Shown: positions 29,560-40,710, counted from the first letter of the stretch. The stretch: DNA of 64,000 nucleotides from Bacteriovoracaceae bacterium (GCA_048270185.1 JBLWTJ010000001.1:800001-864000); one strand, 5' to 3'. Made by a program: numbers and translations. Notes: generated from the letters alone by a model not told the origin.

Positions 29560-31299
29560 ATGAAGAACCAAATGCTCGAAACATTTGAACAAGGCAAAGA
29601 AAAGATTGGTGAGCTACTTTTAAAGCACACTTCTCTGACTCGCGAACAATTAGATGAAGCCTTAGATATTCAAGAAGAATCAGGAATGCTCATTGGGGAA
29701 ATTCTACTTAAGAAGAATTATATTCACCCTCACGACATTACGAAAGTTATTTGTCACCAAATTGAGATTCCTTATGAAACAGAAATTAATGTGGATGAGA
29801 TCGATCCGGAACTGATCTTAAACATCCCTATTAACTATGCAAAGAGCCAGGAACTTATTCCAGTACTTGAGACTCCTCGCTTTGTTTCTGTCATCATAAC
29901 TGATCCATTCAATTTTGATGCAATTAATGACCTTAGAGAAATCTTTAAGAAAGATATTCATATTTCTGTTGCCCAACCTCTTAAGGTTAATGATGCCATT
30001 AATCGTGTTTATGAGAAGGCCAATAAGAATATGGTTCAGTCCCTCGAAGATGAGTTTGATGAAACTCTCGATCTTGACGGGCCAATTGATATTCTCGATG
30101 CTGGCGCTGATGAGGCTCCAGTAATTCGCTTTGTAAACTCAATCATTTTTAGAGCAGTCAAAGAGCGTGCCACAGATATTCACATTGAACCATATGAGAA
30201 AGAATCGATCTATCGCTTCCGTATTAACCGAGTCATGACTGAAGTTTTAAGACAACCCCTAAAAACTCACTCAGCGGTTGCCTCTCGTATTAAAGTTATG
30301 GCCAAGCTTGATATTGCTGAAAAACGTCTTCCACAAGATGGACGTATTCCAATTAAAATGGCCGGTAAAGATATCGATATTCGTCTTTCAACTGTCCCTG
30401 TTCAAAACGGTGAACGTATCGTTATGAGGATACTTGAAAAAGACAATAATGTATTGCAACTCGACCACTTAGGTTTCCACGGAAAGGTATTAAAGAATCT
30501 CGATGCCCTATCGCAGAGAAAAGATGGAATTGTTTATGTATCAGGGCCAACAGGTCACGGTAAATCGACAACACTCTTTGCCATGCTTAGCCGTATCAAT
30601 ACTCCAGATCGTATGATTATTACAGTTGAGGACCCAGTGGAATATGAAGTACCAGGTATCTCACAAATTCAAGTTAACCATAAAATTGAATTAAGTTTTG
30701 CCAAGGCCCTAAGAGCAATCCTTCGTCAAAACCCTGATGTAATAATGGTTGGGGAAACAAGGGATTATGAAACGGCAGAAATGGCAATTCAAGCATCGAT
30801 TACTGGTCACTTTGTTCTATCGACAATTCACACCAACGATGCAGCTTCAGTACCTAACCGTCTAATTGATATGGGTGTTCAGCCATTTATGATCGCCTCC
30901 TCTCTATCGGGAGCATTGGCGCAGCGTCTTATTCGAACTCTATGTAAAGAGTGTAAGAAGCCAAAAGAAATCACTGAATTTGACTTAGAGGTTCTCGGAA
31001 TTAAGCAAGTTCCAGAAGGATGTACTGTCTACGAATCTGTTGGTTGTCCAAGTTGTGACAATAAAGGCTACTCGGGAATGACAGTTGTTTCTGAATTATT
31101 AATGATTAATGACGAGATTCGTTCACTTATCATTAACTCTGCCCCTTCAGGAAAATTAAAGAGAGTTGCTCAAAAAAATGGAATGAAGACATTAAGAGAT
31201 GATGCCATTGAGAAAGTTCTTATGGGTGTTACATCAATTGCTGAAATGAACCGCGCCATCAATATTGAAGGCCAGGAAGAAGAAACAACGAACGAGTAA
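29560..31299 (+). CDS. gspE: T2SS ATPase with N-terminal MshEN-like region
   Basis: KIGELLL..LIGEILL, DIHIEP, GPTGHGKSTT, LRQNPDVIMVGE, CxxC pairs. Confidence 0.95.
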   Translation: MKNQMLETFEQGKEKIGELLLKHTSLTREQLDEALDIQEESGMLIGEILLKKNYIHPHDITKVICHQIEIPYETEINVDEIDPELILNIPINYAKSQELIPVLETPRFVSVIITDPFNFDAINDLREIFKKDIHISVAQPLKVNDAINRVYEKANKNMVQSLEDEFDETLDLDGPIDILDAGADEAPVIRFVNSIIFRAVKERATDIHIEPYEKESIYRFRINRVMTEVLRQPLKTHSAVASRIKVMAKLDIAEKRLPQDGRIPIKMAGKDIDIRLSTVPVQNGERIVMRILEKDNNVLQLDHLGFHGKVLKNLDALSQRKDGIVYVSGPTGHGKSTTLFAMLSRINTPDRMIITVEDPVEYEVPGISQIQVNHKIELSFAKALRAILRQNPDVIMVGETRDYETAEMAIQASITGHFVLSTIHTNDAASVPNRLIDMGVQPFMIASSLSGALAQRLIRTLCKECKKPKEITEFDLEVLGIKQVPEGCTVYESVGCPSCDNKGYSGMTVVSELLMINDEIRSLIINSAPSGKLKRVAQKNGMKTLRDDAIEKVLMGVTSIAEMNRAINIEGQEEETTNE

Positions 31300-31314
31300 T
31301 AAAAAGAGTAAGAA

Positions 31315-32523
31315 ATGGCCATATTTGATTATAAAGGGATTGATCGCACCGGAACGGAGAAGAAAGGTAATATCACGGCCGAAAATGAGCAGGCCGCTAA
31401 ATCCAAAATTCGTGCCCAAGGTATTATGCTGACTTCAATTAAAGAGCATAAGTCTTCGAGTAAATCTTCTTTTGAATTAAATTTTGGAAGTACTGTCTCA
31501 ATCAATGATCTATCACTGATGACAAGACAGCTCTCAACTCTGGTTAAAGCAAAGATTCAAATTGTTGAGGCCTTTAATGCACTCATCGAACAATGTGAAA
31601 ACCCAAAACTTAAAGTTGTCCTTTCAGAAATTAGGCAAAAAGTTAATGAAGGTAGCTCACTTGCAGCAGCCTTTGCAGATTATCCAAAAATCTTTAATAA
31701 TATTTATGTCAATATGGTTGAGGCCGGAGAACAATCAGGAACACTTGATGTTGTCCTTATTCGTCTAGCTGAATTTTCTGAAGCGCAGGTAAAGCTTAAG
31801 AATAAAGTTAAAGGCGCAATGATGTACCCTATTATCATGCTCCTTGTTGGTGCGACTGTAATGGGTGTTATTCTCGTGCTTGTTATTCCTAAGATTACAA
31901 AAATCTTTGTTTCCATGAAAAAGGAATTACCACTGCCAACAAAGATTTCCATCTGGCTTTCAAGCTTTTTACAAAACTACTGGTGGGCAGTTATCATTGG
32001 TGGATTTGGTTTAGTTTGGTTATTTAATCGCTATATTCAAACAAAGGGCGGAAAGGCCAAGTGGGACAAGTTCACACTAAAGCTTCCAATTTTTGGGCCA
32101 CTAATTACAATGGTGAACGTGTCTCGTTTTGCATCAACTCTTTCAACGCTTCTAAATTCAGGTGTACCAATTCTTGCCTCAATGCGAATTGTAAAAAACC
32201 TAATTAGTAATGTTCATATGCAAGAGGCCATTGAAAATGCACGTATAAATATTTCAGAAGGTTCTTCCATGGCCGCTCCCCTAGTGGCTTCGGGCTATTT
32301 TCCAATTATGGTAACGCACATGATCAGCCTGGGAGAGAAGTCAGGGGAACTCGAACCAATGCTAAACATTATTGCAGAAAACTATGAAGATCAGGTAGAA
32401 TCTAAGCTCAGCGGCTTAACAACTATCCTCGAACCTATTATGATGGTCGGTATGGGTGGCGCAGTTGCCTTTATCGTTATGTCAGTAGTTGTTCCAATGA
32501 TGGAGCTAAACTCGATTAAATAG
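31315..32523 (+). CDS. gspF: T2SS inner membrane platform protein
   Basis: TRQLSTL, AGEQSGTL, MMYPII, GEKSGEL, LEPIMM. Confidence 0.95.
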   Translation: MAIFDYKGIDRTGTEKKGNITAENEQAAKSKIRAQGIMLTSIKEHKSSSKSSFELNFGSTVSINDLSLMTRQLSTLVKAKIQIVEAFNALIEQCENPKLKVVLSEIRQKVNEGSSLAAAFADYPKIFNNIYVNMVEAGEQSGTLDVVLIRLAEFSEAQVKLKNKVKGAMMYPIIMLLVGATVMGVILVLVIPKITKIFVSMKKELPLPTKISIWLSSFLQNYWWAVIIGGFGLVWLFNRYIQTKGGKAKWDKFTLKLPIFGPLITMVNVSRFASTLSTLLNSGVPILASMRIVKNLISNVHMQEAIENARINISEGSSMAAPLVASGYFPIMVTHMISLGEKSGELEPMLNIIAENYEDQVESKLSGLTTILEPIMMVGMGGAVAFIVMSVVVPMMELNSIK

Positions 32524-32573
32524 CGAAAGAATTTAATTATAATTACGAGAAGACATTTAAGGAGATTAATTAA

Positions 32574-33029
32574 ATGAAGAAGAATTTTTTAAAGAACACA
32601 GTAATTAAGAGTCAAGCAGGGATGACGCTAATTGAAATCCTAATTGCCCTAACTCTTATTTCACTTATGGGTACTTTCATTGCAGGTAGAGTATTTGATA
32701 GCTTAGAAGAAGGACGTGTTAAATCTGCTCAAATTCAAATGAAGTCTCTTGAGTCACTTCTAAAAGACTTCAGAAGAAAGTGTAACTTCTATCCAACGAC
32801 GGAAATGGGACTTGAAGCACTTACATCAAAGCCTTCTGGCGGCAGAGAGTGTAAGAATTATCCACCAAATGGATTCCTAGATGGCTCAGAAATCCCACTA
32901 GATCCATGGGATATGGAATATATTTATACTTCAGATGGAAAGACTTACAATATCATGTCATATGGTAATGATAATGAAGAAGGCGGAGAAGGCTTCGCTC
33001 AAGATTTATACCTAAAAGAAAAGAAATAA
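32574..33029 (+). CDS. gspG: T2SS major pseudopilin
   Basis: G|MTLIEILI, YPTTEMGLEAL, DPW. Confidence 0.92.
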   Translation: MKKNFLKNTVIKSQAGMTLIEILIALTLISLMGTFIAGRVFDSLEEGRVKSAQIQMKSLESLLKDFRRKCNFYPTTEMGLEALTSKPSGGRECKNYPPNGFLDGSEIPLDPWDMEYIYTSDGKTYNIMSYGNDNEEGGEGFAQDLYLKEKK

Positions 33030-33034
33030 TACGA

Positions 33035-33700
33035 ATGCTTAAAGGTCATCGCCAATCGGGTTTTACATTAATTGAAATTCTGGTTTCGATGGCCTTAGCT
33101 TCCCTACTACTTTACATGGTAGCAGGTTCAACTTTCTCTTCACGTCGTAACCTCGACGAGACAATCGATAATATTGAAAGATTAATTCGCTACTCAAGTG
33201 ATGAAGCTTCTCTTCAAAATAAGTTTTTAAGACTTGGCTTTGAACTTGACGATTTTGATCAGAAGCTTCGCCTTGAAATCGCTCAAAAGAATGACTTTGT
33301 TATCGACCTAGAAGCAACTCGCTCTTTTGATGACATGACTGAAGAAGAGCAAAAAGAGGCCAAGAAGAAGGGTGGCTTCTTTAATCTTCCAGAATTTGAT
33401 GCCAATGACTATCGTCCATCTGGTGGAGTTCGTATTGTTGCCATTGGAAGTACCCTAACTCAAAAACTTCACACATCGGGTGTGCCCTATGTGTACTTTT
33501 ACCCCACAGGTGAAAAAGATTCTGTTATAATTATCATAGCAACTGAAGATGAAATGGTCGCCCTATCTACTCAGCCATATTCTCAAGTAATTGAGCGTGA
33601 GTATATAGCACTAGAAGATGTTAACTTCTCTAGTGAAGACTACATCGAAAAACTAACACAAAAAGCTAATGAACTTTATAACGAATGGTTAAGCAACTAA
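33035..33700 (+). CDS. gspH: T2SS minor pseudopilin H-like
   Basis: G|FTLIEIL, FYPTGE motif, operon position. Confidence 0.7.
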   Translation: MLKGHRQSGFTLIEILVSMALASLLLYMVAGSTFSSRRNLDETIDNIERLIRYSSDEASLQNKFLRLGFELDDFDQKLRLEIAQKNDFVIDLEATRSFDDMTEEEQKEAKKKGGFFNLPEFDANDYRPSGGVRIVAIGSTLTQKLHTSGVPYVYFYPTGEKDSVIIIIATEDEMVALSTQPYSQVIEREYIALEDVNFSSEDYIEKLTQKANELYNEWLSN

Positions 33701-34200
33701 GAAATAATTCAGGTTTTACTCTAATTGAGGTACTAATTGCACTCGCAATTTTTGCGGTCTTTATTACTGCCTATATCACGGCCCAGGGCTTAAATATCAC
33801 TGATTCCATTGAAATGCGAACTGAGCTTAGACTTAGAGAGTTTGCCGTTGAAAAGATGAATGAAATTGTTGCTTACCCTCCAGACTTAAAAGATGCTCTC
33901 ACTCTAAAGCCAGAGGTTGGAAAGTTTGAAAGTAACGATGCTTTTAGCTATAGCATTGAATGGAAGAAATTTGCTGTTCCCGACTTCGATAAGATCTCAG
34001 GTAATGATCAAGATAGTAGTAACAATAATAACAATAGTAGTGGTATACAAAAACAAATTTTCACTGTTGTTAAAACGAACCTTGAAAAGCTTATTTGGCA
34101 AGTTAGTGTCACCGTAAAAGATGATCTCTCTGAAGAGAGCTTTACCATAAGTACTTGGATATCAGATCCTAAATACAAAGTTGAGATTAATGGTATCTAA
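33685..34200 (+). CDS. gspI: T2SS minor pseudopilin I-like
   Basis: G|FTLIEVLIALAIFA, operon position. Confidence 0.72.
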   Translation: MVKQLRNNSGFTLIEVLIALAIFAVFITAYITAQGLNITDSIEMRTELRLREFAVEKMNEIVAYPPDLKDALTLKPEVGKFESNDAFSYSIEWKKFAVPDFDKISGNDQDSSNNNNNSSGIQKQIFTVVKTNLEKLIWQVSVTVKDDLSEESFTISTWISDPKYKVEINGI

Positions 34201-35134
34201 TATAGAAGTTAAAGCAATTCTAAAAAATAGAAAAGGCTTCACACTAATCGAAGTTCTCATCGCTATTGCAATACTCTCTGTACTTATGACGGCCATTTAC
34301 TCTATCGTCGACAATAGCGTCAATACTAATGACCGTGTATCCAAAGAAGATCGAGAAATTCTTGAGTTAGAAATTGGTTTAATGAGACTGACAAGAGACT
34401 TAGAATTAATTCACTCTCCACTCTACTTTGACACAGAAAAGGTTGAAGACAATAAGAAGCTAGCTGCTTTAATTAATGCTAGTAAGAATACAAGTCGCTC
34501 GGGATCGACTGGCCAGTCTCAAAGTCAAGGACAAAACCAGGGAAGCTCGCAGTCACAATCACAACAGCAAAATCAAACAACAGCTCAAGTTGTTACAAGT
34601 CACGTTTATCAAAACCGTAACTTTGATAATCTTTCAACAAGTAATGCTCCTATTCCTATTGTTATCAATGAAGAAAAGGGTTCTCTCGTTTTCCTGTCGT
34701 CTTCTAATCGCCGTTTGTTAAAAGATTCAAAACAATCCAATCTTATGTGGATCCGCTACCGTGTTGCCACAACAAGTACGGAAGGTGTAGATGAAGAAGA
34801 ACAAAATAAAGAAGCACCTTACTCTCTTACTCGAACAGTTATTACAAAAGATCTCTACGATACAGAACTGGACTGGGAAAAAGCAAAAGAATACGCCGTT
34901 ATCAATAATCTTAAAGATTTTAGTTTTGAATTCTATAGTCCAGAAAAAGAAAAATTTGTTTCCTCACTTAAAGAACTCAATAAACTGAGAAAAACTCCAA
35001 GGCTCTTTAGAGTCAATATGGAATACTTATCAAAGACAGGTGAAGCATTATCAATATCGAGAACAATTCGTGTATTATGGCCTGATTACAACGGTACTGA
35101 AGACTTAAAGGAGAAGTATGACAAGAAAAACTAA
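34190..35134 (+). CDS. gspJ: T2SS minor pseudopilin J-like
   Basis: G|FTLIEVLIAIAIL, LTRDL, operon position. Confidence 0.75.
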   Translation: MVSNIEVKAILKNRKGFTLIEVLIAIAILSVLMTAIYSIVDNSVNTNDRVSKEDREILELEIGLMRLTRDLELIHSPLYFDTEKVEDNKKLAALINASKNTSRSGSTGQSQSQGQNQGSSQSQSQQQNQTTAQVVTSHVYQNRNFDNLSTSNAPIPIVINEEKGSLVFLSSSNRRLLKDSKQSNLMWIRYRVATTSTEGVDEEEQNKEAPYSLTRTVITKDLYDTELDWEKAKEYAVINNLKDFSFEFYSPEKEKFVSSLKELNKLRKTPRLFRVNMEYLSKTGEALSISRTIRVLWPDYNGTEDLKEKYDKKN

Positions 35135-36473
35135 TGATCATCTCTCTGCAACTGATCTTCTAAAAAATGAATCTGGAATTGCCATTATCATGGTAACTAC
35201 GGCCGTTGCAATTCTTACCGTTCTCTTGGCCCAATTCACGTATGAGACGAAACTTAATAAGATTAGAATTGAAGGACAGGTCGATAAGGTTCAAGCAAAG
35301 CTTAATTCAGAAGCAGGAATTCAATATGCCCTATCTGTTTTGAAAGTCTACCGAGAAGCATGGAATAAACTAGAAGATAATACTTCTCTACAGGGAACGA
35401 TTAGTAAGCAGGATATTTCGTCAATTGTAACTCAGCCATTTATGGTACCAATTCCAGTAACTGGTGAAATGAATATTATTCAAAAAACGGCCATTGCAGA
35501 ATTTGAAAAAGAATCACTTATTCAAGGTTCAATTTCAGTTAGTATCTCTCCGGTTTCAGGCTTTCTAAACCCTAATTCGTTAAGAGTAATAAAAGCAGCA
35601 AATGCCCAAAACTCAAATCAATCAAGTAACTCAAGTCAATCAAATAGCTCAAGTCAAACTCCACAACAATTTATGGAAACGACTTTCACTGAAATGCTAG
35701 AAAAAACAATTCAAAATGAGATTGAGACAAATGAGGACTTTGCTCTACATTACTCAAATCTTGATCCTATTATGCTAGTCAAGGAATTAAAATTCTATGT
35801 CTCTGGTAAGAATGACTATGATGAACCTGAGAAAGCTGATATTGCTCGAAATTATCAAAATGCCGATATTACTCCAAAGCACGCGGCCTTTGAAACAACA
35901 GATGAACTCTACTCACTTGTTGGGTGGGACGATAAAATAGTCAATCTCATTAGGGATCGTATCAGTATCCACAATGTATCTGTTATTAACGTAAATGAAA
36001 TCACCCAAAATCAACTTAAAGTTCTCTTTCCTGATTTGACTGAAGTACACCTGGAAGACTTCTTTAACTATCGAAATGGTAACGAAGAAAAAGGAATGTC
36101 TCCAACTCCTTTAAAAACCGATAAGGACTTTAAAGAACTACTAACAAATCGAATTGGTGCAATGAGTTCAGCAGATTATGATAAACGCATTCAAGAATTT
36201 GCCAGTGCTAAAATTGTGATAAGTACTGGAGGAAAGTTGTTTAAAGTCGAATCCATTGGAGCTTATGGAAATTCAACTTTTAAATTAACCGCCTATATTG
36301 ATCTACCAATCAAGCCTCAAGTAAGTACAACTGCAAATGCAGGAGGACAAACTGGCGGTATTGCTGGAGGTTCTCAGTCAAGTAATCAAGGTGGCCAAGG
36401 AAGTCAAAACCAACAAACCCAAAGTAAGCATCATCTTCTAAGACCGCGAGTTGTTGAAATACGCACCTATTAA
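35118..36473 (+). CDS. gspK: T2SS minor pseudopilin K
   Basis: G|IAIIMV (no E5), EAGIQYA, DELYSLVG, INVNE. Confidence 0.8.
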   Translation: MTRKTNDHLSATDLLKNESGIAIIMVTTAVAILTVLLAQFTYETKLNKIRIEGQVDKVQAKLNSEAGIQYALSVLKVYREAWNKLEDNTSLQGTISKQDISSIVTQPFMVPIPVTGEMNIIQKTAIAEFEKESLIQGSISVSISPVSGFLNPNSLRVIKAANAQNSNQSSNSSQSNSSSQTPQQFMETTFTEMLEKTIQNEIETNEDFALHYSNLDPIMLVKELKFYVSGKNDYDEPEKADIARNYQNADITPKHAAFETTDELYSLVGWDDKIVNLIRDRISIHNVSVINVNEITQNQLKVLFPDLTEVHLEDFFNYRNGNEEKGMSPTPLKTDKDFKELLTNRIGAMSSADYDKRIQEFASAKIVISTGGKLFKVESIGAYGNSTFKLTAYIDLPIKPQVSTTANAGGQTGGIAGGSQSSNQGGQGSQNQQTQSKHHLLRPRVVEIRTY

Positions 36474-36533
36474 TGGAAAATTTTTCATTAAAAAAAAAAC
36501 AGCAAAGTTATTGAAATTTGGTAAAATATTTCT

Positions 36534-38111
36534 ATGAGTATTTTAGTTATCGACTGTGGTTCCTACAGTATTAAATTCGTAGAAGGTAGAGTTCACAAGA
36601 AGAAATTCATTATCGATGATATTGAAGAGATTCTTTTAGAAGATGTTCGTGGGCCAAATGAAGTCGATCTATCAATCCATGAACTTCAGCAAAGAATCAT
36701 ATCAAGCTTTCTTACTGATCAAAATTATCATGGAAGAATCATTACTCAATTGCCAAATGAGTTCTTAACAAATCGTTATCTTGATCTTCCGGCCAAGTCT
36801 AAGAAAGACGCCGAACTTATGATCCCTTTTCAATTAGAAGAGGATCTACCTTTTAATATTATTGATACGCACTATATTGTTAATCTCTACAAGAAGATTA
36901 ATGGTCAATTCTCTGCCATCGTACAAATCGCCGAAAAGAATGTTTTTGCAACTTATCGCAACTTTCTAATGGCCTACCACACTCTTCCATCCAACCTAAC
37001 ATCTGAACTAAGTATTTATCAGAGTTTCGTTGAAGAGAAGAAACTAGAATCAAATGTTTGTATCCTTGATATTGGACATCAAACAACAAAAGCATACTTA
37101 GTTTATAACGGTATAATCTACACTCATCATATTTCATATACTGCAGGTCAGGCCATTGATGAGGCCATTTCTAAAACTTATGATATTGGACCAGGAGAGG
37201 CCCGTATCTTTAAACATGAAAATAGCTTCTTCTTAACCAAGTCTCAGCTTGATAGTGTGACGAAAGAGCAACAAGACTTTGCTCTTATGATGCATCAATC
37301 TTTCAAAGACCTACTCTCTCAAGTAGACCGTTGGTTACTTGGTCACCGAGTGAAGACAGGACAAAATATTGAGCATATCTACTTAACAGGTGGAAGCGCA
37401 AATATTAAGAATATCGAAAACTATATTACAGAACGACTCAAGGTTTCAGTATCCCAGTTTATGGCCCCTGGACTTGAGAAGATGGTTTCAAAAGAAGAGT
37501 ACAATGCTCTTACTCTTGCTTATACGATGGGAGCAATGAATACTTACCGTGAACCGGCAAAGAACTTCTTTACGAAGGAATTTGCATCGGCACTGAAAGA
37601 CGGTATTAAGTTAGAAAATACCCTCTTCACTTTTTATCGCATTGCTATCATTTGTCTAATCGCTTGTGCAGGAATGCTTTTTGAAACTTTCTATTTCACT
37701 GCAAAAGAAATAAAAACAACAGATCGAGATATTAAAAAATTATTTAAGAGTAGTAATCTAAATCTATCCAAGAAACAAGAAGCATATTTAAGACGCTCTC
37801 CAGATCGTCTTTTAAAAATTGTTAACCAGAAGAACAAGGCCATCGATGTCGACTTGGAAGTAATTTCAAGAGTTCCAAAATCGAGTGCTCTTAAAAATCT
37901 TCACACAATTACTTCTTCACTTAAAAGAAACAATCAAGTTTCTTTAACAAGTTACCAAGGTGATATCGAAAGTGCCAAAGCGACTTTTTCGAGTAAGTCA
38001 GAAAGAGATACAAAGCAGCTCTTGAAAGTCCTTAAGAAATTAGATGTAAATGAAGCTAATATTGATGATTCTAAGAAGAATGAAATTGTACTAAGCTTTA
38101 AAGGTAAATAA
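36534..38111 (+). CDS. gspL: GspL/PilM-like actin-fold protein with C-terminal TM and periplasmic domain
   Basis: IDCGSYSIK, LDIGHQTT, LTGGSA; one TM. Confidence 0.78.
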   Translation: MSILVIDCGSYSIKFVEGRVHKKKFIIDDIEEILLEDVRGPNEVDLSIHELQQRIISSFLTDQNYHGRIITQLPNEFLTNRYLDLPAKSKKDAELMIPFQLEEDLPFNIIDTHYIVNLYKKINGQFSAIVQIAEKNVFATYRNFLMAYHTLPSNLTSELSIYQSFVEEKKLESNVCILDIGHQTTKAYLVYNGIIYTHHISYTAGQAIDEAISKTYDIGPGEARIFKHENSFFLTKSQLDSVTKEQQDFALMMHQSFKDLLSQVDRWLLGHRVKTGQNIEHIYLTGGSANIKNIENYITERLKVSVSQFMAPGLEKMVSKEEYNALTLAYTMGAMNTYREPAKNFFTKEFASALKDGIKLENTLFTFYRIAIICLIACAGMLFETFYFTAKEIKTTDRDIKKLFKSSNLNLSKKQEAYLRRSPDRLLKIVNQKNKAIDVDLEVISRVPKSSALKNLHTITSSLKRNNQVSLTSYQGDIESAKATFSSKSERDTKQLLKVLKKLDVNEANIDDSKKNEIVLSFKGK

Positions 38112-38113
38112 TA

Positions 38114-38731
38114 ATGACTCAAAAGAGTGTTTTTAAAGAAATTGATCTTGCAATTGACAAGCAAATAGAAGAAGCCAGAGGTTCTAATTTTTTTCAAAGT
38201 GTCTCTGATCAACTTCGTTCATTTTCAGAAAATGAGCAAAAGATTATTAACCAATTCTTTTCAGCTCTAGTTGTTATTATCCCTCTCCTATTACTAGTTG
38301 GTGTCTTTACCTTTCGTACAATCCAAAAAAGTGAATTAAATGAAAGAAAAGAACTTGAAGCGGCCATTATTAATTTTAAAGAAGGAATGGTACAATTAAA
38401 AACTCAAGAAGGTGCGGTTGTTACAACTCAGCCCATCTATGAAAAGGGTGATTTTGTAAAACTTCTTGAGTCTGCAACTTCTCGTCTTAACTTAAAGTCA
38501 GGACAAGTTAATGTTGATGGCTTTCAAAAAAATAATCTTGGTGGATCGATCAATAAAATTGAAACAAATATTATGATTGAAAAATTTACGAATAAAGCCT
38601 TCGTGGGTCTACTTAACGAACTCCATCGTAAATTTAAGGCAATTGTTACAGAAATTGACCTCAATCGTACAAGTGATTCTAAGTTTGTCTCAGGAAAGTT
38701 GTCCATCGAATTCTACTCAAAGACAAATTAA
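38114..38731 (+). CDS. GspM-like protein
   Basis: Single TM plus coiled coil; follows gspL. Confidence 0.55.
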   Translation: MTQKSVFKEIDLAIDKQIEEARGSNFFQSVSDQLRSFSENEQKIINQFFSALVVIIPLLLLVGVFTFRTIQKSELNERKELEAAIINFKEGMVQLKTQEGAVVTTQPIYEKGDFVKLLESATSRLNLKSGQVNVDGFQKNNLGGSINKIETNIMIEKFTNKAFVGLLNELHRKFKAIVTEIDLNRTSDSKFVSGKLSIEFYSKTN

Positions 38732-38751
38732 AAACAAGGTAAGAGGCTTAA

Positions 38752-39690
38752 GTGAATACAGAAGTTGCTGATACAGGTTCAGAAAACGAAATTTACAAAA
38801 CAAAGAAGACAACTATTTTAATGATCGTCATCTTTGCCTCCCTTTCACTAATTGCAGGCTTTATCATGAACTTCTCCTTAGAGGATCGTATTCTTGGCCT
38901 GATCCATGACGGATTAAAGAAGAATCGCTCATGTCCTATGTTCTACAAAGAAGCCAAGGTTAGTTACTTTCTACCAGGAATTGCTATCAGTGATCTTGAA
39001 ATTTCTCCTCGTTGCTTAAGAGCACAAAGAGGGTTGATGATTAAGGATATTGACTTCTCTCTTGGGCTACCTAGTATCACACCAATGGGAGTTACATTTA
39101 CTTCTCAAATAAGTGAAATTGATGGATTAGCTAGTACCATTAATCTTAAGTCGATTCACAATATTTCGACTCAATATATTCGCATTGAAGAATCCACTCT
39201 AAACCTTGCTTCTCTTGAAGCAATAATGGGAAAATTAAAAGTTGAAGGAAGCCTGAATATGACGGCATTTATGAGCACAGATCTTAAATCAATCAAAGAT
39301 CTCGATGCTTATATCACTTCAAAGAATTTTATTATTCCAGGCCAAGTGATTCAAAACTTTGAAATCCCTACGCTACTGATTAATAATTTATCTCTTAAGG
39401 CCCATTCAGAAAATTCTGGTCCAATTGAGATTCAGGAATTGATCATTGGTTCAGAGGATTCTCCAATTAGAGCAAATGCAACAGGTTCAATCGAACTTAA
39501 TCAAAGAAATATCAACAATTCAAAAATCGATATTGAGGCCCAAGTAAAATTCTCACAAGACTTTATTGAGCAATTCTCGATCATCAATCTCTTTCTTGGA
39601 AGTGGAAAACCAGATGAACAGGGTTTCTACCATATGAGAATCACAGGTACTCTTGGACGCCCTAACCCACCAGTGATAGTTAGTCCCTAA
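38752..39690 (+). CDS. gspN: T2SS protein N-like
   Basis: N-terminal TM, beta-rich, C-terminal ITGTLGRP; last gene of the operon. Confidence 0.65.
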   Translation: MNTEVADTGSENEIYKTKKTTILMIVIFASLSLIAGFIMNFSLEDRILGLIHDGLKKNRSCPMFYKEAKVSYFLPGIAISDLEISPRCLRAQRGLMIKDIDFSLGLPSITPMGVTFTSQISEIDGLASTINLKSIHNISTQYIRIEESTLNLASLEAIMGKLKVEGSLNMTAFMSTDLKSIKDLDAYITSKNFIIPGQVIQNFEIPTLLINNLSLKAHSENSGPIEIQELIIGSEDSPIRANATGSIELNQRNINNSKIDIEAQVKFSQDFIEQFSIINLFLGSGKPDEQGFYHMRITGTLGRPNPPVIVSP

Positions 39691-39729
39691 ATTGTTGACT
39701 TCCCCTTATTCTTAAAGCATCTTTAAGCC

Positions 39730-40710
39730 ATGCAAACGTCATCAATAATAAATATTAAAGAAGCAAAGCAACAAATTGAAAGTGATATTCTTAGACTAAT
39801 AAAAAGTGGCAATTACAATAATTGGTTCCATGAAATCTATGAATATTCTCTACTTCCTGCAGGCAAGTTATTTCGCCCGCTGCTTGCCTATGCTAGTGCC
39901 CTAGACTTTGGTATGGACTTTGAAGACAAAACTGCGCAAAACGGAATTAGAAACTTCTCATGCGCACTAGAAATCCACCACACTTACACTCTTATCCATG
40001 ATGATATGCCATGCATGGATGATGACGAATATCGTCGTGGAAGATTATCAACTCATGCTAAATTTGGAAGTTGGCAGGCCCTACTTGCAGGGGATGCACT
40101 CCAGTCACTTAGTTTTTATTTAATTGCTAAGAATAAAGCACAGTATCGCAATGAAATTCTCGACTATGCACATTGGTGTCTTGGTGCAAAAGGCTTAATT
40201 CTTGGCCAGGCCCTTGATCTTGATCATCAAATGACAGAGAGCTTTAAAAACCTTATTCTTACTCATAAATTAAAAACGGCAAGACTTATACAACTAAGTC
40301 TTGTTGGAGCATACTTACAGACTCCAGCAGTTGAGTTTAAAACAGCTAAGGCCATCCACCGCTTAGGTGAACACATGGGCGTTGCATTTCAATTATTAGA
40401 TGATCTTTGCGAACTTGAAGATGAAGTATTAAGTGAACACGAGGAAGCTGTAAACCCTTGGAAAACTCGTCAAGAAGACTGCTTTAACGAATTAAGTCGA
40501 AATCTTTCGTATATGAAGCAATTCTTTCATCAGTATAAATGTGAAAATATTAGATTAGTATATGGTCAATACTTAGGAAAAGTCCTAACGATCATCAATA
40601 GCAACAAAGGCAATATTATTAAGCATCTAAATGTAGAGACAGGCCAAAGGCCCGCCTCTAATTATACTTTAGATCCAATTATTTCTTTGTTGAATACTTT
40701 GACTCTTTAG
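39730..40710 (+). CDS. ispA: Polyprenyl (geranyl/farnesyl) diphosphate synthase
   Basis: GKLFRP, LIHDDMPCMDDD..RRG, GQALDL, KTA, FQLLDD. Confidence 0.88.
   Translation: MQTSSIINIKEAKQQIESDILRLIKSGNYNNWFHEIYEYSLLPAGKLFRPLLAYASALDFGMDFEDKTAQNGIRNFSCALEIHHTYTLIHDDMPCMDDDEYRRGRLSTHAKFGSWQALLAGDALQSLSFYLIAKNKAQYRNEILDYAHWCLGAKGLILGQALDLDHQMTESFKNLILTHKLKTARLIQLSLVGAYLQTPAVEFKTAKAIHRLGEHMGVAFQLLDDLCELEDEVLSEHEEAVNPWKTRQEDCFNELSRNLSYMKQFFHQYKCENIRLVYGQYLGKVLTIINSNKGNIIKHLNVETGQRPASNYTLDPIISLLNTLTL

Noticed and set aside
36490..36499. A10 tract upstream of gspL as a phase-variation switch
   Set aside because: Intergenic, not clearly within a promoter spacer, and expected in AT-rich DNA
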